A stretch of DNA of 64,000 bases from an uncultured Gammaproteobacteria bacterium (GTDB taxonomy: Bacteria > Patescibacteriota > Patescibacteriia > Patescibacteriales > UBA12465): contig CAZMYU010000001.1 of NCBI GenBank assembly GCA_964570655.1, positions 1,454-65,453 on the forward strand, written 5' to 3'. Positions 18,550 to 30,205 of this stretch are shown piece after piece. How positions within the stretch are numbered: position 1 is the stretch's first letter; each line of letters begins with the position of its first letter. A program made the position numbers and the translations under genes. A model generated the notes under the pieces. The model ran no database searches. It was given only the letters and a program-made list of their open reading frames with translations, and was not told the origin of the DNA.

Positions 18550-18582
18550 AAAAAAACACCCAAGTGATCTTGGGTGTTTTTT
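18550..18582. terminator. bidirectional rho-independent terminator (twin of 39971..40002)
   Basis: aaaaaaacacccaag tgat cttgggtgtttttt, with A/T runs on both sides, between a convergent gene pair. Confidence 0.65.
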
Positions 18583-21526
18583 AATTCTGACGAAATTCAC
18601 AAATAGAATTAAAATCGCAAAACTTACAAGATTCTCCAGGAGTCGGAGCAAAATTAAATTTAATTATTTCACTAATCTCATTAATAATTTGCTCGCGTAA
18701 TTTTTCTAATTCTTTGGGCTTGGCCCTAAAAGAAATTTTGGCCCCATTTTCTAAATAATAAAAACTAAGCTGAGCAACTTTTTCGCCCATCACTTCTTCC
18801 ATAAAAATCTGATATAAAAGTAATTGTTTTTTGTCTTTGAATTCTAATTTCTCTTTGGGATTACCAGTCTTATAATCAATAATCTCCAGAGTCCCGTCGG
18901 GCAATTTATCGATGCGGTCAATCTTGCCCTTGATAGCATAGCCACCAATTTTAAAATTATTAAATTCTTTTTCTAAAAACAAAATATTAGGCTGTTGGTT
19001 GGCTGCCAAATTTTTGACAAACAACTGCAAAACTTTTTGACCCTTTTTTTGATACTCATCCCGCTCGCTGGCACTACTATAACCATCATTTTGCCAATGC
19101 TGAGCATAAATTTCCAAAGCCCTCTTTTCACTCAAATCACTAGTTTGGGCCTGACCAAACAAATCAGCCTGTCGAATCGATTCAGGAAGGATCGGACTCA
19201 AAAATTCACGCAAGGTATCATGAATGACTCGGCCGAAAATGAGACTCGGTTTGTCAGTGGGCGCCGGAATTTTCAAAATAAAAGCTAATTTGTATTGCAA
19301 AGGACAACTATCATAAGCAGCAATCTGCGAAAAAGAAAATTTGTCCGGCAGGCCATGAGTAATTTTTGGTAAATTATCTAAATCTGGGGGGCTAATAATT
19401 TTTTCCAAATCTTGAAATAATTCTGGGGCCACCTGGGCTGCCTCTATCTCAGAATTTGGAGCCAAACCGACTTCAGCAATAAACCGCGATGGTTTCTTGG
19501 CTCGAGCTCCGCCAAAATCTTTGGCAGAAATCAGATACAATTCTTCTTTGGCTCGAGTTATGGCCACATAAAACAAACGTCGCTCTTCTTCGAGGTGAAA
19601 GTCGCCACTAACGGCTAATTGCTCTTTGACCAAGTCAACGGGAATCGGAATTTTGTCACCCCGATAAATCGTTGGAAAACGTTTGTCAACCAAATCGACC
19701 ACAAATACATATTTAAATTCGAGACCCTTGGCCCCATGAATAGTCATCACCTTGATAACTTCAGCGTCTTCCAGGTCTTTACTAAGCGATCCGGTTTCTC
19801 CAGCTTCCATTTCCAGGGTGAGCATGTCCATAAAATCATGGAGATGCAAATCGCCATCGGTTTCTTCAAATTCTTTAATTTTTTTGTAAAACTTATTGAG
19901 ATAAGAAAATTCTTCTTTATGAATATCGTGATCCAAATTTTTTAGTAAGCCACTTTCATAAATAAACTTCAAAAATATTTGGCTGGGTTTAGATTCTTTT
20001 ATCAGCGCCGAATGCTCGTCGATCAATTTTAATAATTTATTAGCACTCACCATGGCCTCCGGGCTAATATCCGAAATAGCACTTATATTTTTTAGCGCTT
20101 CATACAGCGACCAAGCCTTCAGCCTAGCCATCTTATTAAGATTTACCAAATCTTCATAAGCTACCTTGAAAACATCCATATTCAAAACCCGATAGAGGGC
20201 TGGTGATTCATGATAATTATCAAGCAACTTGAAATAAGCAATGATATCTAAAATAAGTGGTTTATAATACAGGCCCTTAAGCGACACAAACTGATACGGC
20301 AGTCCTTGGCGCTTGAATTCTTTGACGTATTTATCAGCACTATCATTAGCTCGAACCAAAATCGCAAAATCCGACCATAAAATATCCGGGCTAGATTTAT
20401 ATAACTCTTTGATTTTACCGACCACCCACAAAACACTTTCGCTATCGGTAGCAAAATTCAAAAAATTCGTAGCCGACCTTGTCGCCCCATTATTTTTATA
20501 AGCAATTAACTTTTTATTAATCTTTAATTTTTCTTCTAAACGATTGGGATTATTATTTTGAATGAATTGATAGGCTCGATCCAAAACTTCTTGCGGCGAA
20601 CGATAATTATTGATTAAAACTAGCTCTAAAGCCTGAGGATAATCATCCTTGAACTGCATAATATTACTAATTGAAGCCCCGCGAAATTTATAAATGGCCT
20701 GATCATCGTCTCCGACTACTACCAAATTATTATTTTTACTGGCCAATAATTTTACCAACTCATATTGAGCAAAATTGGTATCCTGAAATTCATCGACCAT
20801 GATATATTTAAATTGATCTTGATAAAACTTCAAAATATTCGCGCGCTCTTTAAATAGTTTGAGAGTATACACAATCAAATCCCCAAAATCCAAATAATTA
20901 TTTTCCAGGAGCAGTTGATTATAAATATGATAAGCATTAGCCAATTCTTTTAACCGTTTGATATCCAATTCTTCTGACTCATCATCAGAGCTTAGTTTTG
21001 CATCCGTATCTAGGCTCAACTCTTCCACATATTTCAAATACTGCTCGGGCCAAATATTTTCATCCTTTAGTCTAGAAAAATGTTTAATTAACTCTTGAAT
21101 AAACTTGGTCGGATGCCCCAGGGGTCGGAAATAATCCAAATTGAAGCGCGCCAAATTTTTTTTGATCAGAATCCATTGGCCAGTTTGACTCAGCAGTTTA
21201 AACTGCGGACTAAGTCCAATATCTAAGGCGTGCTCTCTTAGAATTCTTTCACCAAAAGAATGGAAGGTATTGATCCACAAATCAAAATAACCATAAGGCA
21301 AAATCTCATCAGCTCGACCAGTCATTTCCTCCGCCGCTTTTTCAGTAAAAGTTAACAGCAACAAATTTTCAGGTTTGTTTTTTTTCTCCAAAATTAGATA
21401 AGCCAGACGATTAATTAACACTGTGGTTTTGCCAGTGCCCGCGCCAGCGACAATTAACAAAGGGCCGTTTTCATGCAAAACCGCCTGCCGTTGTTCATTA
21501 TTTAATTTTTTGAGTAATTCGTCCAT
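18581..21526 (-). CDS. UvrD/PcrA-type superfamily 1 helicase fused to a C-terminal PD-(D/E)XK nuclease with Cas4/AddB-like Cys cluster
   Basis: Walker A GAGTGKTT, DEFQDTN and VGDDDQAIYKFRGA. The C-terminus has C..(CPLQY) + GKIDRID..IIDYKTG + CKFCDFNSIC. Confidence 0.85.
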   Translation of the reverse strand: MDELLKKLNNEQRQAVLHENGPLLIVAGAGTGKTTVLINRLAYLILEKKNKPENLLLLTFTEKAAEEMTGRADEILPYGYFDLWINTFHSFGERILREHALDIGLSPQFKLLSQTGQWILIKKNLARFNLDYFRPLGHPTKFIQELIKHFSRLKDENIWPEQYLKYVEELSLDTDAKLSSDDESEELDIKRLKELANAYHIYNQLLLENNYLDFGDLIVYTLKLFKERANILKFYQDQFKYIMVDEFQDTNFAQYELVKLLASKNNNLVVVGDDDQAIYKFRGASISNIMQFKDDYPQALELVLINNYRSPQEVLDRAYQFIQNNNPNRLEEKLKINKKLIAYKNNGATRSATNFLNFATDSESVLWVVGKIKELYKSSPDILWSDFAILVRANDSADKYVKEFKRQGLPYQFVSLKGLYYKPLILDIIAYFKLLDNYHESPALYRVLNMDVFKVAYEDLVNLNKMARLKAWSLYEALKNISAISDISPEAMVSANKLLKLIDEHSALIKESKPSQIFLKFIYESGLLKNLDHDIHKEEFSYLNKFYKKIKEFEETDGDLHLHDFMDMLTLEMEAGETGSLSKDLEDAEVIKVMTIHGAKGLEFKYVFVVDLVDKRFPTIYRGDKIPIPVDLVKEQLAVSGDFHLEEERRLFYVAITRAKEELYLISAKDFGGARAKKPSRFIAEVGLAPNSEIEAAQVAPELFQDLEKIISPPDLDNLPKITHGLPDKFSFSQIAAYDSCPLQYKLAFILKIPAPTDKPSLIFGRVIHDTLREFLSPILPESIRQADLFGQAQTSDLSEKRALEIYAQHWQNDGYSSASERDEYQKKGQKVLQLFVKNLAANQQPNILFLEKEFNNFKIGGYAIKGKIDRIDKLPDGTLEIIDYKTGNPKEKLEFKDKKQLLLYQIFMEEVMGEKVAQLSFYYLENGAKISFRAKPKELEKLREQIINEISEIIKFNFAPTPGESCKFCDFNSICEFRQN

Positions 21527-21571
21527 AAAATCATTCTAATCCAAATCTAAAATTAATCAAGCATTCAAAAT

Positions 21572-22654
21572 TTAGGGAATAACTATTTCAGATTTTCTAA
21601 TCTGAGCCTTAATACTATCATCAACTTGAGACCACGAAATATATTTTTCTAAAAATTTCTGGCGATTATTTTCGGACATTAAATTAACGGCGCTCATTTG
21701 AGACCTAAGAGGAAATAAAAATATTTTTGAAGAAGTACTGGAAATAGCCAGGCCAATGGCCAAGCTCTCTTGGGTGTCGCTAGAAAAATACTGATCAAAA
21801 ACAAAATTGCCTAGTGAATAAAAAATTGCTTTGTTTTTATAGACTTCCATACCCTGAACTACATGAGGATGATGACCAATAATTAGATCAGCTCCGCTAT
21901 CAATTAATTCATGGGCGATATTTTGTTGATGGGTATTAAACTGGTGCTGATATTCATTGCCCCAATGGATATTCACAATTATCAAACTAGATGAGGCGCG
22001 ATTATTAGCTATTAATTGCTTGGCAGCTTCTAAATCAAAATCATGATAGACCATCGATAAACCAATCAGAGTTATTTTTTGACCATCAAGCTCCATAGTG
22101 CTTAGCGAATCAGCATCGACCACTGCATCTGGAGAACCACTAAAATTAAAATTTAAATCACTTAGATTTTTCCTGGTTTCTAAAACTCCTTTGGTTCCTT
22201 GGTCACTAAAATGATTATTGGCCAAACTAAAATAATTAAAATTATATTTTTTTAAATCTGAAATTAATTTGGGATTAAAAGCAAAATCATAAGCATTGCT
22301 AGGCAAATAATGAGTTCCGCCATCAGTAAGCGCCCCCTCCAGATTAGCGCTCACTAAATCATAACCACCAAAAAAACTAGAACTGGATTTAATAAGAGGC
22401 GCAAATAGATAATCCAGGCCATTGGCTTTAATCTGATCACCGACATGTCTATCGAGCATCAGATCACCAAAAAACAAAAATTTTAATTCTCCAGAGTCCG
22501 ACGTTTTGATCACGGTCTGAGAGCTGGGCCAAAGCCTAGCTAGCCACGATTCGCCCGAACTATTACCTAAAAACTGCGGCCGCGAAACAAAGATAATCGC
22601 GGCCGCTATAATTAAAACGATAATTAATAATTGACTAATTTTTTTTGATTTCAT
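21572..22654 (-). CDS. CapA/PGA-synthesis-family metallophosphoesterase-like protein
   Basis: N-terminal TM helix, then FFGDLMLDR, ANLEGALT, SLANNHFSDQG, GHHPHVVQG and YSLGNFVFDQ. Confidence 0.75.
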   Translation of the reverse strand: MKSKKISQLLIIVLIIAAAIIFVSRPQFLGNSSGESWLARLWPSSQTVIKTSDSGELKFLFFGDLMLDRHVGDQIKANGLDYLFAPLIKSSSSFFGGYDLVSANLEGALTDGGTHYLPSNAYDFAFNPKLISDLKKYNFNYFSLANNHFSDQGTKGVLETRKNLSDLNFNFSGSPDAVVDADSLSTMELDGQKITLIGLSMVYHDFDLEAAKQLIANNRASSSLIIVNIHWGNEYQHQFNTHQQNIAHELIDSGADLIIGHHPHVVQGMEVYKNKAIFYSLGNFVFDQYFSSDTQESLAIGLAISSTSSKIFLFPLRSQMSAVNLMSENNRQKFLEKYISWSQVDDSIKAQIRKSEIVIP

Positions 22655-22659
22655 GAAAA

Positions 22660-23925
22660 TTAGATTTTGAGAGAGCGCTGAATTTTGGCTAAATTATTAA
22701 CCTGACCAATGATCGCCAAATTCAGATGACGACTAACAAAAATTCGTTTGGCTACTTTTTGCAAATCTCGAGCAGTCACTGCCTTGATTTTCCGTAAAAA
22801 TTCTTCTGGGGTAGAGTACTTAGATCGCAAAATAAATTGTTGCCCATACCAATTAGCTAAATTATCAGACCCCTCTAATTGCAAATTGAAGCGACCGACA
22901 ATCAAATCTTTGGCTCTTTTGAGCTCAGCCGGACTCACTAATTCTTTGCTTACTAATCGGTATTCATTCAAAATAATATCAATAGCCTGCTCTAACTTAT
23001 CATTAGGCACTCCCGCACTAGTCGTCAAATAGCCACTATCAGTATAAAACTCGGCTTGAGTCCGTACATAATAAGCCAAACCGTGTCGTTCCCTTAGCTT
23101 ACTAAAAAGCCGAGAGCTCATAGACCCACCCAAAACTACTGACAATAATTTGGCGGATATTTCTTCTGGGTCACCAGCGGCAAAAGTTCGAACACCCAGG
23201 GACAAATGCAATTGATCAGTTTTTTTAACTTTAATTTTAATATTTGGCTTGATCTGGCTGTCTTTCACCGCCACTTTTTTTTGGTATTTACTGGCCGGAT
23301 AAGCGGAAAAATATTTATCAGCCTCTTTCAGGGCTACTTTATAATTAACATTGCCGGCCACTATAATCGTGGTGCTAGTTCGTCCATACTGACTAGCTAA
23401 ATATTTTATAAAGTCATCTCGTTTAAAATTCTTGATATTCTCCTTGGTTCCAATAGTATCCCGACCAGCTGGCGTATCGCCATATAAACAATTTTCAAAC
23501 ACATCCTCCAGATGAAGTCTGGGATTATCCTCATACATATTAAGCTCTTCAATAATCACTCCCCGTTCCCGATCGATTTCTTCAGATTCAAATTTGGAAT
23601 TGAGCAACATATCGCTTAACAACTCCAAAGAAGCCGTCAATTTATTTTTGCTAGCTTTAATAAAATAACCAGTAAATTCCTTAGAAGTAAAAGCATTGTA
23701 TTCACCACCAATCGAATCTAGTTCGCTAGAAAGGGCTAGAGCGGTTGGACGTTTTTTGGTGCCCTTAAAAAACAAGTGCTCTAAAAAATGTGACAAGCCA
23801 CTTTGCTTCTCTGATTCATATTTGGAGCCAGTTTTCACCATGACTAAAGAAGTCACGGTTTGAGTTCCGCTCATCGGAGCAATGACCATTTTTAAACCAT
23901 TTTTTAGAACCTTTTGATAAATCAT
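22660..23925 (-). CDS. M16 family (pitrilysin-like) zinc peptidase
   Basis: Inverted zinc motif HFLEHLFFKGT, 421 aa, two-lobe M16 layout. Confidence 0.85.
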   Translation of the reverse strand: MIYQKVLKNGLKMVIAPMSGTQTVTSLVMVKTGSKYESEKQSGLSHFLEHLFFKGTKKRPTALALSSELDSIGGEYNAFTSKEFTGYFIKASKNKLTASLELLSDMLLNSKFESEEIDRERGVIIEELNMYEDNPRLHLEDVFENCLYGDTPAGRDTIGTKENIKNFKRDDFIKYLASQYGRTSTTIIVAGNVNYKVALKEADKYFSAYPASKYQKKVAVKDSQIKPNIKIKVKKTDQLHLSLGVRTFAAGDPEEISAKLLSVVLGGSMSSRLFSKLRERHGLAYYVRTQAEFYTDSGYLTTSAGVPNDKLEQAIDIILNEYRLVSKELVSPAELKRAKDLIVGRFNLQLEGSDNLANWYGQQFILRSKYSTPEEFLRKIKAVTARDLQKVAKRIFVSRHLNLAIIGQVNNLAKIQRSLKI

Positions 23926-23934
23926 AAATTTTTA

Positions 23935-25320
23935 TTAATTATGGCCATTTTCATTCTTAATTATTAATCCGGCGGCCAACCAAAGTAACATGATACCAAA
24001 ATGTAAAGAAAACAGCCAATGATCGAGCATCATAATAATAGTCAGGGCTACAAAAATAGCTAGACCTAAATAATTTTTCTTCAGGTTTTTAATAATAGTA
24101 ATTAGCAACCAAATCCAAAAAGCCAAAAATATAATAAAACCAATAAAACCCAGCTCGGCTAATATGAGCAAAAAGAAATTATGCACCGGTTGATACAAAT
24201 AGGCGGGGTAATAAGGCGTTCGCTCATAAAGCGCCGTAGCATAATTACCAATGCCCTGACCGACCAGCGGACTATCTTTGACTAGAGCCACCACATCTGG
24301 CCAGGAATTGATTCTTTCACTGGAAGAAATTTTTTCTAGTCGATTATAAAAATTAAAGCGAGTTTCAATAAAAGTAGAACACAAAGCAAAAACCAACAAA
24401 AATATTAGCCCGACAATAACAATCAATTTAGATTCTAGATAGCGCCACTCAAATTTCCTAAAAATCAAACGTCGATCTTTGACCAGGAAAATAATCAGGA
24501 CTCCCAAAAGTGCCGCCAGCCAAGCCGAGCGAGAAAAAGAAAAAAATAGCCCCAAACCGATAAAAAGCAGCAGGCCATAATTTAACATCATCATTAGGCG
24601 CTGTTTATGCCGAGCAAAATTTATCTGGCTTCTATTGATTATTAAATAAAAAGTCAAAATAAAAGCCAAAGCCAAAAATCCTCCCAAAATATTGGGATGA
24701 TCTAGTCCGCCATAAGATCTGAGCCACCGCCACAAGATTCCTTGCTGATCATAAAATTCGATCACTGATACTCCGCCCATAGTGGAATCGTGAAAAGCCA
24801 GCCCAAAAAATTTGTTGGCCCAGGTTCTTTGAGTTACGAATTGTGAGATGGCCAAAATTGATTGAAGAAAAGCTCCGGCCAAAAACCAATAAACCGCGGT
24901 GAGTTTAGAAAAATCTAAACGATACACTACAAAAAATAATCCCAAGCCTAAAAGTAACAAGGCATAATGATAAAGACCCAAAAGTTTATAAGGAGCAAAA
25001 TAAATAGAGATAAAAGCCAAAATCTCTAAAGCCGCCAACAAATAAATACCCAGACGTTTGTCTTCGGTGCCTAGCTTTATCTTTAACCAAGGCTCCTTCT
25101 TTGGCAAAAGATAAGAAAATATCCACAGACTCAAGATGGCCACGGCAATGATGTCGGTGAGATACAAGCTAATGGTTTGGTATTCCAAATAAGCACCGTT
25201 AATAATTCCCGGCCGAATAAACAGGCGAGTTTGTAAGGGCAATAAAAAGAGCAAGGCATAAAAAAGCCAATTAGTAATTTTGTTGATGATGGGCATATTT
25301 TTAAATAAATTAATAATCAT
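23935..25320 (-). CDS. O-antigen ligase/Wzy-like polytopic membrane protein (start may be M9 at 25296)
   Basis: About 10 or more hydrophobic helices, with a SRSAWLAALLGVLIIF-type Wzy_C region and a large loop. Confidence 0.7.
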   Translation of the reverse strand: MIINLFKNMPIINKITNWLFYALLFLLPLQTRLFIRPGIINGAYLEYQTISLYLTDIIAVAILSLWIFSYLLPKKEPWLKIKLGTEDKRLGIYLLAALEILAFISIYFAPYKLLGLYHYALLLLGLGLFFVVYRLDFSKLTAVYWFLAGAFLQSILAISQFVTQRTWANKFFGLAFHDSTMGGVSVIEFYDQQGILWRWLRSYGGLDHPNILGGFLALAFILTFYLIINRSQINFARHKQRLMMMLNYGLLLFIGLGLFFSFSRSAWLAALLGVLIIFLVKDRRLIFRKFEWRYLESKLIVIVGLIFLLVFALCSTFIETRFNFYNRLEKISSSERINSWPDVVALVKDSPLVGQGIGNYATALYERTPYYPAYLYQPVHNFFLLILAELGFIGFIIFLAFWIWLLITIIKNLKKNYLGLAIFVALTIIMMLDHWLFSLHFGIMLLWLAAGLIIKNENGHN

Positions 25321-26176
25321 TTAACTTGGCCATGAATTCTCGCCGTTTATCAATTAAAAATAATTTTAAAAGTTGATCGCTAATGACTACTCCTGCCTCG
25401 GGTCCGGGATTTTTCAGAGCCTTGGGCATAATCGCTAATTGCCAAGACTTGGCTAGTCTCTCAAAAAATTTAGCCCCGATCTGCAATTCGGGCAAATGTT
25501 TTTTGGATAGAGACTGCCTAGGATTAATAACCGGCTCAGACCAATTAGGCAAAATTTCTTTCAGCCAATTATTAAATTCCAGCAACTTAGGGAAAAAATT
25601 GGCGCTATCATAAATCGGTACTAGACTAGCCAACCAATAATCAAAATACCAATCATCTCCGGACAATTTTAAAGACTTCAAATCCAAAAAATCGGTACTA
25701 ATATAAAAACTCAGACAAATCTTGTCTTGTTTATTGCTATTCCTAGGACGCAATCTAAAAATTTTAGCCAGCCCTGTACACCACAATCTAGTAGTCCATA
25801 AACGACCAGAGGAACTAATAATTAGAAAATCAATATCGCTACCATCCCGCAAATTATGGGCCCCAATAAAATTAGAAACAGCAATCATCTTGACTCCCGG
25901 AAAAATTTTGAAATAACGGGCCACTTGTCGAGCAATTTTTAATTTCCGGTCAGTATAATTATAACGCTTTAAGCGTTCACTCACAATATCTTGGCGTCCT
26001 GATAAAAAATAAAAACCATTACTGGTTTCTATAATCTGATAATCTAAACTTGTCAAAACCTTATAAACTTCATCCAAAGTAGCTGAGACATGCAAATATT
26101 GCCAAAGCTCATAGGCCGTCAAAGGATAATCAAACAAGTCAAAAAATTTGATGATTTTATAAATTTCGGCGGTCAT
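25310..26176 (-). CDS. hypothetical protein, possible nucleotidyltransferase fold
   Basis: 288 aa. The G..x..GSDIDFLII motif is reminiscent of the pol-beta NTase hG[GS]..D.D motif. This is weak evidence. Confidence 0.5.
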   Translation of the reverse strand: MTAEIYKIIKFFDLFDYPLTAYELWQYLHVSATLDEVYKVLTSLDYQIIETSNGFYFLSGRQDIVSERLKRYNYTDRKLKIARQVARYFKIFPGVKMIAVSNFIGAHNLRDGSDIDFLIISSSGRLWTTRLWCTGLAKIFRLRPRNSNKQDKICLSFYISTDFLDLKSLKLSGDDWYFDYWLASLVPIYDSANFFPKLLEFNNWLKEILPNWSEPVINPRQSLSKKHLPELQIGAKFFERLAKSWQLAIMPKALKNPGPEAGVVISDQLLKLFLIDKRREFMAKLNDY

Positions 26177-26180
26177 GTAA

Positions 26181-27272
26181 TTATTCGCTTTTGGGGCGAT
26201 CTAAAACCAAAGGCTCCACTTGGCTTTCTCTTTCGGTTATCTTCATCACATCCTTGTCAATCTTTTTAAATTCCAAATAAGCATTATTATAATGATTAAC
26301 CGTGGTGGACATACTGGTTCCTAATTTTTTCAAAAAATCTTCGTAGCTCAAAATATGTTTGCTGAGCTTCTCAATATTGTGTTTGATCTCTTTGGCACTT
26401 TCTTCAATTTGCATCGCTCGCAGACCCTGCAAAACAGTTTGCAAATAAGCCAAAAAAGAAGTGGGCGAAACAATAATCACTTTGCGATCCTTGAAAGCGT
26501 ATTCAATCAGATCCCGAGTATTCACCGCTCCGGCCCCAATCTTGTTCACTAACAAATCGTAATAAATAGCTTCGGACGGGATAAACATAAAAGCAAAGTC
26601 CATAGTTTTTTCTCCGGGCTTGACGTATTTGGCGGTTTCATCAATTCTGTTTTTGAGGTCTTGTTTAAAAATCTTTTCCAACCTCTCCCGATCATCTTCG
26701 TTAGTGCAACTCAAAATTTTCTCATAATTTTCTAAAGAAAATTTAGCATCAATCGGAATAATCTTTTCTTTCACAAAAACCACAGCATCAACGATCGAAC
26801 CATCCTTGAAAGGATATTGCATTTGATAAGAATTAGGCGGCAAAACATTTTTGAGAGTTTCTTCCAAAAAATATTCTCCCAAGACTCCGCGTTGTTTAGG
26901 ATTTTTCAAAATATCTTGCAAATTTTGGAGTTGCGCCGAAAAATTAATAACCTGTTTATTAGTTTCATCAAGTTTGGTCAAGCGCTCACTCACATCAGCG
27001 ATTAATTTGGCTGACTGACCACTAATATTTTGGATGATTCTAGTGGTTTGGCTAAATTGTTCTTGATTGGTGCGATGAGTTTCGGATAATTTCTGATCTA
27101 GCTCTTTGCGCAGATCTTTGTTTTGATCAGCTAATTGCGCTAGCTTTTCCACCATCACAATTAATTTGTCGTTATGCTCCGAACCGGAAAACTTTTTGAG
27201 AACAATAAAAATTAGCGCTATCACGCCAATAATTAATAAAACTAGAAAAAAAATAATTACTCCACTAGTCAT
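26181..27272 (-). CDS. rmuC: DNA recombination protein RmuC
   Basis: N-terminal TM helix plus coiled coil, QRGVLGEYFLEETL motif, and a C-terminal nuclease-like region. Confidence 0.8.
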   Translation of the reverse strand: MTSGVIIFFLVLLIIGVIALIFIVLKKFSGSEHNDKLIVMVEKLAQLADQNKDLRKELDQKLSETHRTNQEQFSQTTRIIQNISGQSAKLIADVSERLTKLDETNKQVINFSAQLQNLQDILKNPKQRGVLGEYFLEETLKNVLPPNSYQMQYPFKDGSIVDAVVFVKEKIIPIDAKFSLENYEKILSCTNEDDRERLEKIFKQDLKNRIDETAKYVKPGEKTMDFAFMFIPSEAIYYDLLVNKIGAGAVNTRDLIEYAFKDRKVIIVSPTSFLAYLQTVLQGLRAMQIEESAKEIKHNIEKLSKHILSYEDFLKKLGTSMSTTVNHYNNAYLEFKKIDKDVMKITERESQVEPLVLDRPKSE

Positions 27273-27283
27273 ATAATAAAATT

Positions 27284-29845
27284 TTAAACCCAGGTGACGC
27301 TAGCCACACTGTCTTTGTCTTCTTTAAAACGCATAATGCGCACCCCTTGAGTATCGCGACCTAGTTCATTAATCGATTTAAAAGGTAGTCTGATCACCTG
27401 GCCGGTTTCAGAAATAATCACCAAATCGCGATCTTTCATCGCCTCTGAATTAACCACAAACGCATTAATAATTTTGCCAGTCTTGTCGGTCACCTTGGCA
27501 GTTCTAATACCAGAGCCACCACGACCCTGCACCTTATAATATTTCAAATCAGTTCGTTTACCATAACCCTGACCCATAATAGTCAAAACCTGATAATTTT
27601 TGATTTTTTCTTTATCATTTTTGATAACTCCCATGCCCACAATAATATCCTTGCCTTTCATGCGCATGCCCTTGACTCCACTAGCTCCTCGACCCATATC
27701 CCGGACTTCTTTTTCTTTGAATCTAATGGCTTGACCACCAGCAGTAATGAGTTGAATTTCATCTTGTCCGCTAGTTGGTTTGGCCCAAATAAGTTTGTCG
27801 TCATTTTTAATTTTAATGGCAATCAATCCAGAACGTCGAACATTAGCAAAAGCACCAATTTCTACTTTTTTGACTAGTCCTTGTTCGGTGGCAAAGAACA
27901 AATATTTAGCCGAGCTAATTTTATCGAGTGGCAAACTTGAGGTCACTTTTTCGCCAGACAGTAATTGTAAGAAATTCACAATCGGTGTGCCCTTGGCAAT
28001 TCGAGAAGCTACTGGGACCTCGTAGGCTTTCAATTGAAAGACTCGACCCTTGGTAGTAAAAAACAAAATATCACTATGAGTGAGAGTGGTAAACATAAAT
28101 TCTACCGAATCCTCTTCTTTGGTAGTGAGGCCAATAACGCCCTTACCTCCTCGAGCTTGAACTTTGAAAGTATCTGGAGACATTCTCTTGATATAACCAT
28201 CGCGAGTAATCATAATAATGGCCTCTTCATTGGGCACCAAGTCTTCCATATTGAAATCTTTGACTCCATGGCTCACCACCTGAGTCCGACGCGGATCAGC
28301 AAATTTTTCTTTGAGATCACCAATTTCGGTTTTAATAATTCCCCGAATCTTTTGGGTGGATTTCAAAATAGCTTCTAATTCTTTGATCAATTTCAATTTT
28401 TCTTTGAGCTCGTCTTCAATCTTGACTCTTTCTAAATTGGCCAAATTTTGCAGACGCATTTCCAAAATAGCCACGGCCTGACGTTCGGATAATTTAAATT
28501 TTTTGATCAAATTGATTTTGGCCTGTTCTTTGTCTTTGGAAGCCTTAATGGTTTTGATAACCTCATCAATCTTATTAAGAGCAATCATCAGACCCTCCAA
28601 AATATGGGCGCGATCTTTGGCCTTGTTTAATTCAAATTGAGTGCGTCGACGGATTACTTCTTCACGATGCTTGATATATTCTTCCAAAATCATTTTGAGC
28701 GTCAAAACTTTGGGCTGGATACCATCAACTAGCGCCAACATATTCACATGAAAAGCAGATTGAAGTTGAGTATGTTTGTACAAACTATTTAAAATTTTCT
28801 TGGGGTAAGAATCCTTTTTTAAATCGAGTACCACCCGCATTCCATCGCGATCTGATTCATCGCGCAGATTTTTGACCCCATCAATCTTTTTGTCTTTGAC
28901 GAGCTCCGCAATTTTTTCGACAAAAGTCGATTTATTAACCTGATAAGGAAGCTCAGTAATAATTATTTGAAAATTATTGTGTTTATCTTCACGAATATCA
29001 GCCACCCCGCGCATCACAATACCGCCTTTGCCAGTCGCATAGGCCGTTAAAATATCTTGACGATCATAAATAATACCACCAGTCGGAAAATCCGGACCCT
29101 TCACAAATTGCATCAAATCCTCAATGGTCGCTTCAGGATTTTCTATTAAATGTTCGATAGCTCCGATAAGCTCGCCCAAATTATGAGGAGGAATTTCGGT
29201 GGCCATACCGACCGCAATACCGCTTGTACCATTTAATAATAAATTGGGTAATTTAGCCGGCATTACTTTGGGCTCCAAATGAGAGCCATCATAGTTGGGC
29301 ACAAAATCAACCGTATCTTTATCAATATCAAATAATAATTCTTCACTAATGGCCGATAGTTTGGCTTCGGTATATCTCATGGCCGCCGCACTGTCACCAT
29401 CCATAGAACCGAAGTTTCCCTGACCTCTAATCAGTGGGTAGCGCAAAGAAAAATCTTGAACCATCCGAACCATAGAATCATAAACAGCCACATCACCATG
29501 GGGATGATATTTACCCAAGACTTCACCGACCACCGTAGCTGATTTTCTAAATTTGACATTGGCTCGTAAACCGATATCCCACATCGCATACAAGATCCGA
29601 CGATGCACTGGCTTGAGACCATCACGAACATCCGGCAAGGCTCGAGAAACAATTACAGTCATAGCGTAATCCAAATAAGCCCGACGCATTTCATCAACGA
29701 TCGGTTGATCTTCAATCATCCCGTAGTCCGTCTGCGAGCGACTATTAACTCCGGCCTCCGGGCCAAAACTGACCTGAGAATTTTCTTTCGACAAATCTTC
29801 TTTAGGAGAGTCTTCTTTTGGAGATTTAGATTTTTGTTTTGGCAT
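27284..29845 (-). CDS. gyrA: DNA gyrase subunit A
   Basis: [12 protein letters not shown], the active-site region [10 protein letters not shown], and C-terminal beta-pinwheel repeats. 853 aa. Confidence 0.95.
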   Translation of the reverse strand: MPKQKSKSPKEDSPKEDLSKENSQVSFGPEAGVNSRSQTDYGMIEDQPIVDEMRRAYLDYAMTVIVSRALPDVRDGLKPVHRRILYAMWDIGLRANVKFRKSATVVGEVLGKYHPHGDVAVYDSMVRMVQDFSLRYPLIRGQGNFGSMDGDSAAAMRYTEAKLSAISEELLFDIDKDTVDFVPNYDGSHLEPKVMPAKLPNLLLNGTSGIAVGMATEIPPHNLGELIGAIEHLIENPEATIEDLMQFVKGPDFPTGGIIYDRQDILTAYATGKGGIVMRGVADIREDKHNNFQIIITELPYQVNKSTFVEKIAELVKDKKIDGVKNLRDESDRDGMRVVLDLKKDSYPKKILNSLYKHTQLQSAFHVNMLALVDGIQPKVLTLKMILEEYIKHREEVIRRRTQFELNKAKDRAHILEGLMIALNKIDEVIKTIKASKDKEQAKINLIKKFKLSERQAVAILEMRLQNLANLERVKIEDELKEKLKLIKELEAILKSTQKIRGIIKTEIGDLKEKFADPRRTQVVSHGVKDFNMEDLVPNEEAIIMITRDGYIKRMSPDTFKVQARGGKGVIGLTTKEEDSVEFMFTTLTHSDILFFTTKGRVFQLKAYEVPVASRIAKGTPIVNFLQLLSGEKVTSSLPLDKISSAKYLFFATEQGLVKKVEIGAFANVRRSGLIAIKIKNDDKLIWAKPTSGQDEIQLITAGGQAIRFKEKEVRDMGRGASGVKGMRMKGKDIIVGMGVIKNDKEKIKNYQVLTIMGQGYGKRTDLKYYKVQGRGGSGIRTAKVTDKTGKIINAFVVNSEAMKDRDLVIISETGQVIRLPFKSINELGRDTQGVRIMRFKEDKDSVASVTWV

Positions 29846-29847
29846 AA

Positions 29848-30198
29848 TTATCGTAAAAGGTTAGTGCTAGTTGCTATTTCCAAACTAGAAGTGGCCAGGC
29901 CACTGGTGCTGGAAGCCTTCTCTTTAAGGGAGGCAGCAATCAAATCTAATTTTTGCGTAGCTTCAGCGGCTGTTTGGTCTTTTTGTTTTTTATCCAGGGC
30001 CGACAACTCATTGCCGATATCATCAATATTTTTGTTCATTTGAGTTTTGAAATCAGTCCAATCAAAACTACTTTTATTTTTCGACTGATTAGCAGAAATT
30101 ATAGACCGCAGATTAAAAAACCAAAAAAATAACACCAAAAACATGACGATCCCAATAGACCAAATCATTAAAGTTTTTTTCTGCTCATGATTATCCAT
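29848..30198 (-). CDS. hypothetical small membrane protein
   Basis: 116 aa with one TM helix ([19 protein letters not shown]), tightly packed between ndk and gyrA. Confidence 0.55.
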   Translation of the reverse strand: MDNHEQKKTLMIWSIGIVMFLVLFFWFFNLRSIISANQSKNKSSFDWTDFKTQMNKNIDDIGNELSALDKKQKDQTAAEATQKLDLIAASLKEKASSTSGLATSSLEIATSTNLLR

Positions 30199-30205
30199 AA
30201 AAATA

